Below, piece by piece: positions 36,616 through 47,576 of a stretch of DNA of 64,000 nucleotides. Every line of letters starts with the position of its first letter. Within the stretch, counting starts at the first letter, position 1. The notes beneath the pieces are model-generated. The model was not told the DNA's origin. It did not search any database and saw only the letters and a list, made by a program, of their open reading frames with translations. The DNA comes from Candidatus Melainabacteria bacterium 17Bon1m (GTDB taxonomy: Bacteria; Cyanobacteriota; Vampirovibrionia; Obscuribacterales; Obscuribacteraceae): NCBI GenBank assembly GCA_032128875.1, contig JAVLKG010000005.1:512001-576000 (forward strand). Direction: 5' to 3'. The translations under genes were made by a program, and so were the position numbers.

Positions 36616-37677
36616 ATGAAATCAATAACACGGCTCGAGTCAGCTTTTGCCCTCTTGTTTATGATGCATGCGCTTCCTTGCTTGGCTGCAGAAGACTTTC
36701 TTCGGCAGGGTATTGCCGCCTATCAACAAGGAAAGTACAAGGAAGCTATCGGTTGTTTTGGTGCAGCCAAAGGTACGGAATCTGAAAATCCCTTGCTGCA
36801 TTACTACATGGGCAATACACTTGTCCAATTGAAAGCCCCGGCTGATGCGCTAAGAGAATACAAGCTGGCAAGAGACTTGAGTCCCGGATCGAAGGTCGCC
36901 ACGTTTTGCGATGCAGCAATTGCATCACTAGAACAAGCAAAAGCCGCCACTCAGCCTAAGGTTTTTCAAACGAAAATCGCCGGCGAGAAGTGGAGAATTC
37001 CTCTCGTAATCAGCTATGTGTGCAGTTGTCCAATGTGTGCAGACATACCTTTTCTGCTTCAACAGTTGTACGGGCAGACAAGGAAGAATGTCATTTTTCT
37101 GAGCGTTGCAAAAGGCGCAACCGACGAGAAATCTCTGAGCTTGATCAAGAAGTATGATTTATCGCTCCATCCGACAATCATCTTTGTCAACGAAAATGGA
37201 GTAATCGTCAAGCGCTTCAATGAATTTATAAATACGACGCAGTTGCGCCAGGATGTACTGCAACTCAGTCAATCTGCTCAACCTCCCACACCGACGACAG
37301 CTGATGAAAAAGCACTAGCAACCTACCGAAATTCTCAAATGGAGGAGTTGTATGCGCAGGTTGGGCAGGAGGAAAGAAAAATTCGGGAAGAGTCAATGCG
37401 CATAGATGTGGACACAAATGCCAAGTTAGGGGCTCTAATAACTCCAGTTAGGAGGTCGCCCGACTACATCGTTGCAAAAGAGGACTACGAAGCGCAGAAG
37501 GCAAGAATTCTCGCGGACGCAGAGCAGCGTAAAAATGCGCTTCTTATGGCATCCGCGAAGCGAAAAATGGACAGCTACATCTCATTGGAAAGAAATCTAG
37601 ATAAAGAGGAATTGCGCCTCAAACATCTCTCCGAGCAAAGCAAAAGAAGTGGCGCCGCCGCTCCAAGAAGCAAGTAG
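36616..37677 (+). CDS. Exported TPR + thioredoxin-like (CSCPMC) + coiled-coil protein
   Basis: Paralog of previous gene: GIAAYQQGKY, LHYYMGN, ALREYKLA; CPMC and HPTIIFVNENG. Confidence 0.8.
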   Translation: MKSITRLESAFALLFMMHALPCLAAEDFLRQGIAAYQQGKYKEAIGCFGAAKGTESENPLLHYYMGNTLVQLKAPADALREYKLARDLSPGSKVATFCDAAIASLEQAKAATQPKVFQTKIAGEKWRIPLVISYVCSCPMCADIPFLLQQLYGQTRKNVIFLSVAKGATDEKSLSLIKKYDLSLHPTIIFVNENGVIVKRFNEFINTTQLRQDVLQLSQSAQPPTPTTADEKALATYRNSQMEELYAQVGQEERKIREESMRIDVDTNAKLGALITPVRRSPDYIVAKEDYEAQKARILADAEQRKNALLMASAKRKMDSYISLERNLDKEELRLKHLSEQSKRSGAAAPRSK

Positions 37678-37696
37678 CATTCTTTGATCAGCCTAG

Positions 37697-39244
37697 TTAG
37701 CGAGTTCTTGCAGCGGAAACTTCTGACAGTGAATCAACTTTGTAGTTGAAAGTGTATTTTATATCCAGGCTATCCGCTTCGAAATCCGCCGGCAGCCCCT
37801 TAAATGGAGCGCATGCGCTGATCGCGTTCATCGCCGACTCGTCGCAATCGGCATTGCCAGACGAGCGAATCAGCCTAATCTGTTTGAGCTTTCCGTCCTT
37901 GGTTATGCGGAAAAGAATTTGAGCGACGCGCGGATCTCCATTGGGCGGCGACCATGCGCGCTTGATGCGCTTGTGAAGCTGTTTTAGATAATCTTGCAGA
38001 GTCGACGGTGCCCCTTTGCCGCCCGAACTGCGTCCCCCGGCCTGAAAGATTTCCAGGTTGGCGTCGCCTTCGTTGTCGACAACTTCGAACAATTCGACCG
38101 GCGAAGATTCTTCCATGAACATAGATTCGTTCGCGGCGCGCGATTCTTGCGACTTTACTCCGGGAGAGATGTTGCTTTGCCGAGTGAATGTTTGATCTGC
38201 CTGCACGCTTTTCCAGCCGGATGGAAGCTTAACGAGTGAGACTAAGCGTGCCTTCGTTTCTGCCTTTTGTTGCTGTGCTGCAATGTCGGCATCAGGTGAG
38301 ATCATTGCCGATTGAACTTGGACGCCTTTCAGTACCATCTCGGTCGGGGCTGCAGTAATCTTCTTGGGTGCGACGGATTGAAACGACCGCTTGCCGGCCT
38401 CTTCAGTTTTCTGGCTGGTTCTTTCCGCTGGTCGACTTTGAGGTTGCACTACCGGTGGTGTCATTGCCACTTTGTCTGTGCTGCCGCTGCGTTTTCTCTG
38501 GCTGTCCTTCTCTTCAGTACTGGCTGTCAGTTCGTTGTTGTCTTTGTAATCCGCAAATGAAGTGAGTTCAATATCGATGAATTGCTTTTGTGCGACAACA
38601 GGTGGCGTCACCTTGAAACCATGGGCGAATAGCCAGGCAAACATCAAAAGCGAAACGCTCAAGTAGGTTTTTGAAAAATACCTGGCAAATCGTCCCTCTT
38701 CTGGAGAGCCTATGCGTGCAGCTGCAAAAGCGTGTTTATTCGACTGCCTTCTTGTTGATGCTACAGCCCAGAAAGCAACGCATGCAAGCGTGATTGACCA
38801 GGGTAGAGAAATCCCTGCAATACCGTTATAGAAAAAGACCGCTATCCAGGTGATTGAAGTGGCTGACGTGACAAGGTTGGCCGGAAGCGTCGAAGGAGCT
38901 TTTATTGCCTTTGCTTCTAGTTGTGAAACCTGTTGTGTTTCGGATTTTGCAGCGTGCTCACATTCACTTGCTGATTCTTGTACTTCTTTTCCTTCTGCCG
39001 TGTTCGATTTAGTTTCTGACTCTTTGTCTGATTCAGTCTTGGGCTCTGTTTTTGATTCAGGGGGGGACTCTGCATCTGGCGCGGCTTCAGCGTCGGGCTG
39101 AGAGTGAGCGTGAGCAGCGCCTTCTATTGTTTCAGAGCAAGCATCGCAATCCGGTTGCACAAAAACCTCGGCTGGCGTTTCCGGCTCATCACCGGCGACA
39201 GTCGAGTCTAGGCTTGCACTCGTAGAGTCTTGTTTTTCTGACAA
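37697..39244 (-). CDS. Membrane protein with TonB C-terminal (TolA/TonB_2-like) domain
   Basis: Acidic disordered N-terminus, 3 TM-like segments, YLKQLHKRIKRAWSPP..F.I.KDG...SSG...DESAMNAI...APF..LP. Confidence 0.82.
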   Translation of the reverse strand: MSEKQDSTSASLDSTVAGDEPETPAEVFVQPDCDACSETIEGAAHAHSQPDAEAAPDAESPPESKTEPKTESDKESETKSNTAEGKEVQESASECEHAAKSETQQVSQLEAKAIKAPSTLPANLVTSATSITWIAVFFYNGIAGISLPWSITLACVAFWAVASTRRQSNKHAFAAARIGSPEEGRFARYFSKTYLSVSLLMFAWLFAHGFKVTPPVVAQKQFIDIELTSFADYKDNNELTASTEEKDSQRKRSGSTDKVAMTPPVVQPQSRPAERTSQKTEEAGKRSFQSVAPKKITAAPTEMVLKGVQVQSAMISPDADIAAQQQKAETKARLVSLVKLPSGWKSVQADQTFTRQSNISPGVKSQESRAANESMFMEESSPVELFEVVDNEGDANLEIFQAGGRSSGGKGAPSTLQDYLKQLHKRIKRAWSPPNGDPRVAQILFRITKDGKLKQIRLIRSSGNADCDESAMNAISACAPFKGLPADFEADSLDIKYTFNYKVDSLSEVSAARTR

Positions 39245-39416
39245 GGTCGTAGTCTATTTTATCTACATTCCAAGCGCTATAAATCGTATCATGCGGCGGC
39301 TATGCGTCCCTTTTTATGAGAAAGAAGAGAGCTTGCTGTCAAGAAGCAAGCTCTCAAACTTCAGTCCTGGGACCCTGTATTCATGGGCAGCCAGACCGCT
39401 GCCTTCTTGTTCTTGG

Positions 39417-40703
39417 CTACTTGCCCATTGCGGCGAAGTAAACAGCGCATGCGTGGTCGAGATACTCTCTTGACAGCCGGGGCTCTGTTTGAAGGAAGGC
39501 GCAGAGGTTAACGACTTGGTCGACAATGTCGCGCGGGTGGCAGCAACGCATGTTGCGTTTGCCGCTGCGATATTGGGATTCGATCAAGTAGTTGACTGCT
39601 TCTTCGTTGTACGGAACGCCTGTGCGCTGGCAATACTGCAGGAAGATCCACTTGAATTCGTCTTCGGTCGGGTTGGTGATGTTGATCTTGTACGGAATCC
39701 GTCTCAAGAACGCTTCGTCAACCAGGTCAGCCGGGTTCAGGTTGGTGGAGAACACAATCAACTGTTCGAACGGCACTTCCAGTTTTTTACCGGTGTGCAA
39801 GCTCAAATAGTCAACGCGTTTTTCCAGTGGAACGATCCAGCGGTTGAGGAGTGATTTGTGGTCGATTCTTTGTCTGCCAAAGTCGTCGATTAGCAGCAAG
39901 CCGCAATTGGACTTCAGCTGAATCGGCGCTTCGTAGAGCTTTGTACCGTAATCGAACTGTAGTTCGAGCATGTCAATCGTCAACTCACCGCCCACCACTA
40001 CGCATGGGCGCTGGATGCGGACCCAGCGGTGGTCGTAGTCTCTCGGGTAGTTGGCGGCAGATACTTGCTGGTGGTTGTGCGAGTCGTATACGCGGATGAT
40101 CTGTCCGTCGATTTCGACTGCGTACGGAATGAAGATGTGTCCTTTGAAACTGCGGACAATCCGCTCGGCGATTGACGTCTTGCCGTTGCCTGCTTCTCCG
40201 AAAAGGAACATCCCGCGTCCGGAGTTGATGGCAGGACCGACCGAGTTGATGGTGCGGCGGTTGACCATGATGTCCGAGAAGGCTACTTCCAAATCGCGTG
40301 GTGTTACCGATTCGCGACGGATGGTCTGATATTTGAGAGAGTCTACATAGCGCGACCACGGTACCGGGCAGGCGCCGTTGTATGCGTTGTGGTCGAAATA
40401 GGAGCGCGCTCTGTCGCGTCCTTTTTCTGTCGGGGTGTATTCATAGTCAGCCAGACCGCCGGCACTGCGGACTTCAATCAGAAGTTGGCGCTTCAATACT
40501 TCGAGAATTTCTTCGATAATCTTGAAGGGAAGCTGAGTTCTAGCGGCAATTTCGCGACCCATCGCGAAGTTGACCAGATAAATGTCCTTGAGGATCAATT
40601 CTTCCAGAAAGCCTTCTTTCAAGCCGGTTTCGGCAATTGAAGATGGATACGGAGGAACGAACTCCTGCTGTTGTTGGGTTCCTGTCTTGACCTGTTGAAC
40701 CAT
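39417..40703 (-). CDS. Uncharacterised AAA+ ATPase
   Basis: Walker A GEAGNGKTS, Walker B LLIDDFGRQ, VFSTNL, DEAFLRRI; N-terminal winged-helix-like region. Confidence 0.88.
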   Translation of the reverse strand: MVQQVKTGTQQQQEFVPPYPSSIAETGLKEGFLEELILKDIYLVNFAMGREIAARTQLPFKIIEEILEVLKRQLLIEVRSAGGLADYEYTPTEKGRDRARSYFDHNAYNGACPVPWSRYVDSLKYQTIRRESVTPRDLEVAFSDIMVNRRTINSVGPAINSGRGMFLFGEAGNGKTSIAERIVRSFKGHIFIPYAVEIDGQIIRVYDSHNHQQVSAANYPRDYDHRWVRIQRPCVVVGGELTIDMLELQFDYGTKLYEAPIQLKSNCGLLLIDDFGRQRIDHKSLLNRWIVPLEKRVDYLSLHTGKKLEVPFEQLIVFSTNLNPADLVDEAFLRRIPYKINITNPTEDEFKWIFLQYCQRTGVPYNEEAVNYLIESQYRSGKRNMRCCHPRDIVDQVVNLCAFLQTEPRLSREYLDHACAVYFAAMGK

Positions 40704-40835
40704 ATTTCCTCGCTTTTTGCCTCTTTTGCCGGCTCTCTTTATTCAGACGCTTTCCTAAAACGCCTGCTTCCGCTTGGGCAGCGGGGGCTACATATACACT
40801 TTACAGCTATATAGCCAGAAACGTAAGCACCTCAA

Positions 40836-43412
40836 CTAATTACGCTGCGCACTTGTCAGGGTGCTTTCAAGCACCAACTCGTGTATTTTATCGCCGATTT
40901 CGCCAAGTTTGTTGCCTTCTTGCTCTGATTCCTCCTTGTAGCTAAAACGATCCAGATAATAAGCTTCGACGAAATTGTCAACCAAATCAGGCAATTCGGA
41001 GCGTAAAGCCACTGGAAATGCCTGACTTTCGTATGCTCTTGTGCGCACTGCCGTGGCTACATCCTTTGGTGTGTCACTTGTAGTTTTGCTAACAGCAACC
41101 TTCTCGAGGTCTTTGAGCATACGCAAGTAAAGAGCGGTCGAGGGCTTCATATTCTTGAGTTCATTGGAAGCCTGCTGTTGCGAGCGCCATGCGCTGAGGC
41201 CTTTTTTGACTAATTCCCAGACCAGAAATATGCCGATTGCAATCAAAATCGCAATTACATAGGGGTTGGACGACAACTTCTTAGTCCAGCTCCAAGCCTT
41301 TTGAGGGTCGTTTTTCTCTGCGACCCTGGGTGCCGGTGGTGGACCGGACTGGTGAGTAGACTTGAGCACCATGCGCCCACCCTGGGCGTCTTGGAACGGT
41401 TGTATCGGCAAAGTTCCGTTGGGAGTCGCGTCAATCGGCACCCAACCGTGCGTTGGAATAAACACTTCCGCCCAGGCGTGCTCATTCTTCTTGCGCACTA
41501 AGGCTGCGTCCGACTTGGGATCTTTGTCGCCCGGCATATATCCGAATACGACCCGTGAGGGGATTCCCTGAGCTCTCAAAAGAATCGCTTCGGCTGATGC
41601 AAACATCGAGCAGCTGCCGCTTTTCGTATTGAGTAGAAAGTTGGCGACGGCATCGACATCGCTTTCTAACTGGTTGTTATTGTCGAGGTAGCTGCAATTG
41701 GCTTTCAGGTAATTGGAAATCCTTTCGGCATGGACAAACCAGTTGCCGTCCTTGCCGCCGACCTCTTTAGCCAGAAGTTTTACTTGAGGATCATAGTCTT
41801 TAGGCAGCTGCAAAAAGCGTGCGGATGCCTGACGGATTTGTTCTAATTGAACCGGGTTGGGCATGATTGCAGTGCGCAATTCATCGAGGTCTGCGGACGG
41901 TACCATCGAGACTGCCGTGTAAAAGAGCCCCGGTTTCAAATTGTTTTTTGCTTCCAGCGAGCCATCAGTCGCTACTCTCACTTCATCTGGGAAGTGCACG
42001 ACTTGCGGGATCCAGCCGCAGGGAATGGTCAGATCCATGGTGCTTTTCACTTCGATGCGCTGTTCGACTTCGGCACCTCTGAAATTGGCCGGCAGGCGCA
42101 AAGATCTGACATTGCCTATGACATAGGCGTCGTCTTCCATTTTTCTTGCATCAGCCCACTGTTGACTCTTGCTGTTCACCCAGCGTTGTCCTTCATAAGT
42201 GTCGAATGCCATGCCTCGCAAGTAAACGGGGCGATTACTGCTGACGCTCAGGAGAACAACATCTTGCACTGCCGGATCGCGCTTTTCTGCTAATCCCATT
42301 TGCTGTCTTGGTCGCTGTTGTTTGGCGTCTTCGGCTGATTGATCTGCTGGCTCCGGAGCACCTGTCCCGTTGGCAGAAGGTTTGGCATTCTTATCCGGCT
42401 TGCCGCCTTTGCCTGGTTTTGCGTTCTTTGCGTCTTTGGGATTCGTCCCTGGCTTATAACCGGAGAGTTTTTCTTTAGGACCTTCTCTGCGCTTCCCGTC
42501 GCCTGTTCCAGTGCCCTTTCCGGAGCCGTTCTTGCCGCCCTTTCCGTTTTGCTCTGACTTCTGTCCTTTATTGGTTTGCTCCTGCGGTCTGGGAGGGCTG
42601 TTGGCCGGTGTACGCCGAGGAATCGGCGCCATCGCTGTTTGTTTAGGAGCTTGAGGCGGATGCATTTTTTCGTATGCACGAGCCATAAGAATACGCGCCT
42701 GGTCGGCGATAAGATCGACAATTGATGCGCCTGAACGGGGCATCATGCAGAAGACCAGCATGGAGACAACTGGCAGGGTGACTACTGCAACCAGGGCGCC
42801 GCCTGTGGCAGGACGTTTCCACAGAGGTTCCGGCACGTTTAGAGCTTGAGGAAGCGTGGGTCTGGTAGAAGCTGAAACTTGTGCGGGGTTGCCTTCACGG
42901 CTGTGCGAAATGGCGATCAGGTAGAGGAAAATGGCGCCGCCGATAATAAAGCCCATTGGAAAAACACCAAAAATCGTGCTCTTTCCGGTTTGCGAAGCGA
43001 CGCAGCCCATCAGCCCCAACGACACCGTCGCAGCAACATAGATATCGGTTCTCTGTCTCAGGTCGAAGGTAAGTACAATCAGCAGTCCACATAAAACCTG
43101 CATGAATGCGGGCAAAAATAAGCCGTTGCCGAAAAACTGCTTGATCGACTCGAAAACAAAGTGACCGAGAACCCCGCAAGTACCGGCAAGAATAAAGACG
43201 TTGACCAGAAGGGATTTTCGAGATCGGAATTTATAACTCAAATAGCTGCCCAGCGCCGAAACCAGGATGCAGCCTGTCGTTACGACGAACGGCGCCTCCG
43301 AGTAAAGACAGTAAGCAACGATGGTGATTGCCACCATGATGTAATTCATGATGCGCAACTCGACGGAGTTTTCCACCTCTATTGCTTTGGCTTTGGTGGC
43401 ATCTTTGCTCAT
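40836..43412 (-). CDS. TgpA-like transglutaminase-domain membrane protein
   Basis: N-terminal TM bundle, YLRGMAFDTY.G..W, GSCSMFASA..LLR..GIPSRVV.GY, HAWAEV..P..GW...DATP (Cys-His-Asp triad). Confidence 0.9.
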   Translation of the reverse strand: MSKDATKAKAIEVENSVELRIMNYIMVAITIVAYCLYSEAPFVVTTGCILVSALGSYLSYKFRSRKSLLVNVFILAGTCGVLGHFVFESIKQFFGNGLFLPAFMQVLCGLLIVLTFDLRQRTDIYVAATVSLGLMGCVASQTGKSTIFGVFPMGFIIGGAIFLYLIAISHSREGNPAQVSASTRPTLPQALNVPEPLWKRPATGGALVAVVTLPVVSMLVFCMMPRSGASIVDLIADQARILMARAYEKMHPPQAPKQTAMAPIPRRTPANSPPRPQEQTNKGQKSEQNGKGGKNGSGKGTGTGDGKRREGPKEKLSGYKPGTNPKDAKNAKPGKGGKPDKNAKPSANGTGAPEPADQSAEDAKQQRPRQQMGLAEKRDPAVQDVVLLSVSSNRPVYLRGMAFDTYEGQRWVNSKSQQWADARKMEDDAYVIGNVRSLRLPANFRGAEVEQRIEVKSTMDLTIPCGWIPQVVHFPDEVRVATDGSLEAKNNLKPGLFYTAVSMVPSADLDELRTAIMPNPVQLEQIRQASARFLQLPKDYDPQVKLLAKEVGGKDGNWFVHAERISNYLKANCSYLDNNNQLESDVDAVANFLLNTKSGSCSMFASAEAILLRAQGIPSRVVFGYMPGDKDPKSDAALVRKKNEHAWAEVFIPTHGWVPIDATPNGTLPIQPFQDAQGGRMVLKSTHQSGPPPAPRVAEKNDPQKAWSWTKKLSSNPYVIAILIAIGIFLVWELVKKGLSAWRSQQQASNELKNMKPSTALYLRMLKDLEKVAVSKTTSDTPKDVATAVRTRAYESQAFPVALRSELPDLVDNFVEAYYLDRFSYKEESEQEGNKLGEIGDKIHELVLESTLTSAQRN

Positions 43413-44950
43413 AGCTTGATGATGTCCTCGGCGCCTGAGATGATTGAAATCTGCTTGCCGACCCGGGATATGTCATCCGGTTCGTTGCGCATGTCGACAG
43501 TCGTGGCCAACTTTGCTTTGTCTTCAGCATTGCGCAAACTTTCGGGATCTTTGCCGGAATGCACTGTTTGAGCCTGCTGCTCTTGCTGCCCCTGCTGCAG
43601 AAATTGCCACTTGTCCGCGTCGGTCTTTCCAACAGGCTGTACCAATACCAGCTCAATTTGCGCTTTCTCGGTTCTGGGCGCGAGGAATATCAGCGCCCCT
43701 TCTTTTGCCTTTCTGATCAAGTCGTCCAGCTTGTCGACCCGGCGTCCTCGACGAGCAGCGACCTTTGCGAGTTCTTCTGTGCGTTTGAATGGTTCTAGTC
43801 TGGCCAACATTTCAATGGAAGCAGTCAGTCCCGGCGCCATGGGTGGAGGCTCGATGACGAGCACCTGGTTTCTTACGATCAGCTTGGGAGCCAGTCCCCA
43901 TCTATGACCCAGCGTGATCAGCGAGGCGGCGGTGATGAGCGCCAGCTCGTACATCTCTTCTGTGCCCCAGTCCCATTTCGAGTCAATGAGCAAATCGAAG
44001 GCAGGCAGACCTTCGGCCTCGAATTCTCTTGATAGTAATTTGCCCATGCGCGCGCTTGATGCCCAGTGGATGATACGTGGACTGTCGCCTCTGATATATT
44101 CGCGAACCCCGCGCACAATCGCTGTTTGCTGGTTGAAGCTGGATTTGCGGGACAATAATCCAACGCTCGGAGTCACCACATTCAGTTGCTGCAGGAAATT
44201 GCCGCTGACAGGATAAACCTTCGGATAGACGACTGTTTCAGGCGGTACTTCGGTGTTGTCCTTTTCGTCAAAACGAAAGCGAACCTCCCTCTGGCAATAG
44301 GCAAGGCCGAATGGAAAACAGGATGAAAACGTGATGCTCTGCACTCTGTAGATGCCGCGTCTTAGAGGACCGGCTAAGAGTTGCAGTGTTTCTTTTTCGC
44401 CCATGCTCGGGATGAGCAAAGGTTTGGAAAGGGGAGACTGCGACAGCGAGCCGAGACGCATGACATTGACGGTCATTCGCAACCAGCGCAAAGGAAAGAG
44501 AATTTGAAATGTTCCGACTCCAAATATTCTCTCCAGGGCAATCTTAATGGCAATTTTTTCACCGGCGCGCGCGTTAGGTGGCAGAGATGCTTTCACGCGC
44601 ACGTCGCAGACTTGCAAAACCGGCAGCAGCAAACTCAAAAACATTGCTGCGATCATTCCTGATGCCATCAAGTACAGCCACTGGCTGTTGCTTTCGGTAG
44701 AAAAGACGTAGAGCAGAATAGTAACGAGTAGCGATCCGAAAAAACGCGCATTCAGAATTAGCACCAGATCCGGTGTCACCCGGCATCGCCAACCTTTGAG
44801 GTTGTCTACCGGCGGCGGCACTTTGGCCGCATTGCTGACGATGAACGGCTCAGGTGGATCGCTCTTTTTGAGAGAGGGCGGGGGCTGGATCGGTTGATCC
44901 TTTTGATTTTGTTGCTGCTCCTTGGGAGCGCTAGACTGGGACTGAAACAT
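43409..44950 (-). CDS. DUF58 domain protein (MoxR partner)
   Basis: RRGIY, PFGL, VVYP, VREYIRGDSPRIIHWASSARMGKL..REFE. Confidence 0.9.
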   Translation of the reverse strand: MFQSQSSAPKEQQQNQKDQPIQPPPSLKKSDPPEPFIVSNAAKVPPPVDNLKGWRCRVTPDLVLILNARFFGSLLVTILLYVFSTESNSQWLYLMASGMIAAMFLSLLLPVLQVCDVRVKASLPPNARAGEKIAIKIALERIFGVGTFQILFPLRWLRMTVNVMRLGSLSQSPLSKPLLIPSMGEKETLQLLAGPLRRGIYRVQSITFSSCFPFGLAYCQREVRFRFDEKDNTEVPPETVVYPKVYPVSGNFLQQLNVVTPSVGLLSRKSSFNQQTAIVRGVREYIRGDSPRIIHWASSARMGKLLSREFEAEGLPAFDLLIDSKWDWGTEEMYELALITAASLITLGHRWGLAPKLIVRNQVLVIEPPPMAPGLTASIEMLARLEPFKRTEELAKVAARRGRRVDKLDDLIRKAKEGALIFLAPRTEKAQIELVLVQPVGKTDADKWQFLQQGQQEQQAQTVHSGKDPESLRNAEDKAKLATTVDMRNEPDDISRVGKQISIISGAEDIIKL

Positions 44951-45914
44951 CCTCTAGCACTCTTAAGATGAGGTCGGCGTGACTGACTTTATTGTCTTGC
45001 ATCTTAGGAATGATGCGGTGTCCAAGAATGTACGGCGCGAGCCCTTTTACATCGTCCGGTTTGACGAAATCGCGTCCCTCTAAAAATGCAGCTGATTGTG
45101 CAGCTCTCAACAAGAGTTGCGTTCCGCGAGGCGATACGCCCAAAACAATGGATGGATGCCGACGCGTGGCGTGCACGATGTCGACGATGTAGTTTTTCAC
45201 GGACTGCTCTACATAAATATGTCTCACTGCTTGCCTTGCCATGAGCACTTCGTCCACGGTCAAAACAGGATCAACAACAAACCCATCTTGTGCCAAGGTC
45301 TTATCGAGAATCTCCAGTTCTTGCTTGAGATCCGGGTAACCGAGCGAAATGCAGATCATGAAGCGGTCTAGCTGTGCTTCAGGCAGTGGGAATGTGCCGT
45401 GATATTCAATCGGGTTTTCCGTTGCAATAACGAAAAACAGCTCAGGAAGCTTGCGCGTTGAGCCGTCGATTGTCACTTGGTTTTCTTCCATCGCCTCCAG
45501 CAGACTGGATTGTGTTCTAGGCGTGGCGCGGTTGATTTCATCAGTCAGCAAGATATTGGTAAAAATCGGACCAGGCATGAAGTTGAAAGTGCCTTCTTGC
45601 TGGCTGTAGATGCTCACCCCCGAAATATCGGAAGGCAGCAAGTCCGGCGTGCACTGAATACGCTTGAACTGTGATTGGACAGACATGGAAAGTGACTTGG
45701 CAAGCAATGTCTTGCCCACTCCCGGGACATCCTCGATGAGCAGGTGTCCACCTGCCAGGAAGGCTGTGACTGCGAATTTGACGGCTTTTTCTTGACCGAC
45801 CAAGACGCTGTTCATGTTGTCGACCAGAGTCTTGGCTTTCAGAGCCAGTTCTTTGGTTTGGGAACTAGATGTAGCTCCCGCTTTACCATCGGTTCTTGCT
45901 TCTGCTTGAGTCAT
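44931..45914 (-). CDS. moxR: MoxR-family AAA ATPase
   Basis: [65 protein letters not shown]. Confidence 0.95.
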   Translation of the reverse strand: MTQAEARTDGKAGATSSSQTKELALKAKTLVDNMNSVLVGQEKAVKFAVTAFLAGGHLLIEDVPGVGKTLLAKSLSMSVQSQFKRIQCTPDLLPSDISGVSIYSQQEGTFNFMPGPIFTNILLTDEINRATPRTQSSLLEAMEENQVTIDGSTRKLPELFFVIATENPIEYHGTFPLPEAQLDRFMICISLGYPDLKQELEILDKTLAQDGFVVDPVLTVDEVLMARQAVRHIYVEQSVKNYIVDIVHATRRHPSIVLGVSPRGTQLLLRAAQSAAFLEGRDFVKPDDVKGLAPYILGHRIIPKMQDNKVSHADLILRVLEDVSVPV

Positions 45915-46176
45915 GGATAGCCCGAAATGCTCCCTGTGCTGGGTCGGTCACAGCGGTTATGCCCTGTCACCTCCATTCTTATTCCCACTTATCAACCCCA
46001 TTTCAAGCTTGAAAGCCTATTTCTATACCTCAGCGTCCGATAAGAGGCGCTGTCTTTCGGCTGCAGTTCTGCCGTTTGGCTTGTTTGCAACTTTGAGATG
46101 TTTGACCCCATTTAGCTTTCGAGTCTTGAAGTCCTCTGGTAAACTGGCTTTTCTCAATAATTGTGGAGATATTGCT

Positions 46177-47115
46177 ATGGCTCTCACATTCCAACAAGTC
46201 GTCCAGACCCTCAATGACTTCTGGGGCAAGAAAGGCTGCGTCGTCATGCAGTGTTTCGATCTGGAAAAAGGTGCCTCCACAATGAGTCCAGGGACGTTTC
46301 TCCGCGTTCTAGGACCAGAACCTTGGAATATGGCCACTATCGATGGTTGCCGCCGCCCGACCGATGGTCGTTACGGCGAAAACCCCAATCGTTTGCAGCA
46401 TTATTTCCAGTATCAGGTCATCCTCAAGCCGTCACCCGACGATGTGCAGGATATCTACCTCGAGAGCCTCGCAGCCCTCGGCGTCGATCCGTTGCAGCAT
46501 GACATTCGCTTCGTCGAAGACAACTGGGAATCACCCACTCTCGGCGCCTGGGGCGTTGGCTGGGAAGTTTGGATGGACGGGCTGGAAATCACCCAATTCA
46601 CTTATTTCCAACAAGCCGGCGGTCTGGAAGTCAGACCAGTAGCGGCTGAGATCACGTATGGTCTGGAGCGCCTGGCCATGTATTTGCAGAATGTGGACAA
46701 CGTCTATGAGTTGCAATGGAACGAAAAGGTAAAGTATGGCGAGCTCTATCACCGCAATGAAGTCGAGCAGTCGACCTACAATTTCACTGAAAGCAACCCT
46801 GAGCTGTTGTCCAATCTTTTCAATCTTCACCGTCAAGAAGCCGAGCGTTTGATTGGAAAAAAACTGGTCATGCCGGCTTATGAACAAATATTGCGCTGTT
46901 CTCATACTTTCAATTTGCTCGACGCACGGGGCGTTTTGGGACGTGACGAGCGGATGAAAACCATTTTGGAAATTCGCAAATTATCCGGTCTTGTCGCAGC
47001 TGCTTTCCTTGAGCAGCGGATCGAGATGGGTTTTCCTCTCTGTCCTGAAAATGAGCGGGAAGCATTGGTCAAGACCTATACTGAAAAGTATCTCGTTTCC
47101 AAGAAAAAGGCTTAG
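46177..47115 (+). CDS. glyQ: Glycine--tRNA ligase alpha subunit
   Basis: [77 protein letters not shown]. Confidence 0.97.
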   Translation: MALTFQQVVQTLNDFWGKKGCVVMQCFDLEKGASTMSPGTFLRVLGPEPWNMATIDGCRRPTDGRYGENPNRLQHYFQYQVILKPSPDDVQDIYLESLAALGVDPLQHDIRFVEDNWESPTLGAWGVGWEVWMDGLEITQFTYFQQAGGLEVRPVAAEITYGLERLAMYLQNVDNVYELQWNEKVKYGELYHRNEVEQSTYNFTESNPELLSNLFNLHRQEAERLIGKKLVMPAYEQILRCSHTFNLLDARGVLGRDERMKTILEIRKLSGLVAAAFLEQRIEMGFPLCPENEREALVKTYTEKYLVSKKKA

Positions 47116-47576
47116 TCGGTCAGGACCGGAAAATTATTTTTCCTGACCAGCCAGACGACTTGATAACGGCGGGTATATTCGATGAATATGCGATAGCTTG
47201 TTTTCATGCGCCTTTCCGTGGGTTTTCGTATGTTGCAAAGGCGTCTGTCCGCCCCGTCCGGGTCGGAGCAGATCCTGATGCCAAGCTCTTCTCCGGCAAA
47301 AATAATTTGCGCCGGACGATGAGTTTATCTACATAATGGGTATAAGAAGTAGTTGAGGGCCTTCTGGCCTGGAGTGTGGAAATCGGAAAAATTCGACGGA
47401 AAAACCAGAGTTAGGACGGACCAATTAATTCGAATCGGGAATTTCGAACTGCGAGCGAGATTCATTGACCGAAGATTTATACCGGACGACAAATGGTTTT
47501 GACGTATTCAAAGAGCCGGAATAGCCGGTTCAAGTTTGTTAGTCTCACGTAGCCATTTACTAGGAAGCATTCGGAT

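Noticed and set aside
45913..46176. N-terminal extension of glyQ
   Set aside because: GlyQ homology begins at MALTFQ; region is the moxR/glyQ divergent promoter zone
47116..47576. ncRNA or riboswitch in the long glyQ downstream region
   Set aside because: Only short local hairpins (e.g. GGTCAGGA/TCCTGACC at 47118-47148); no recognisable aptamer consensus
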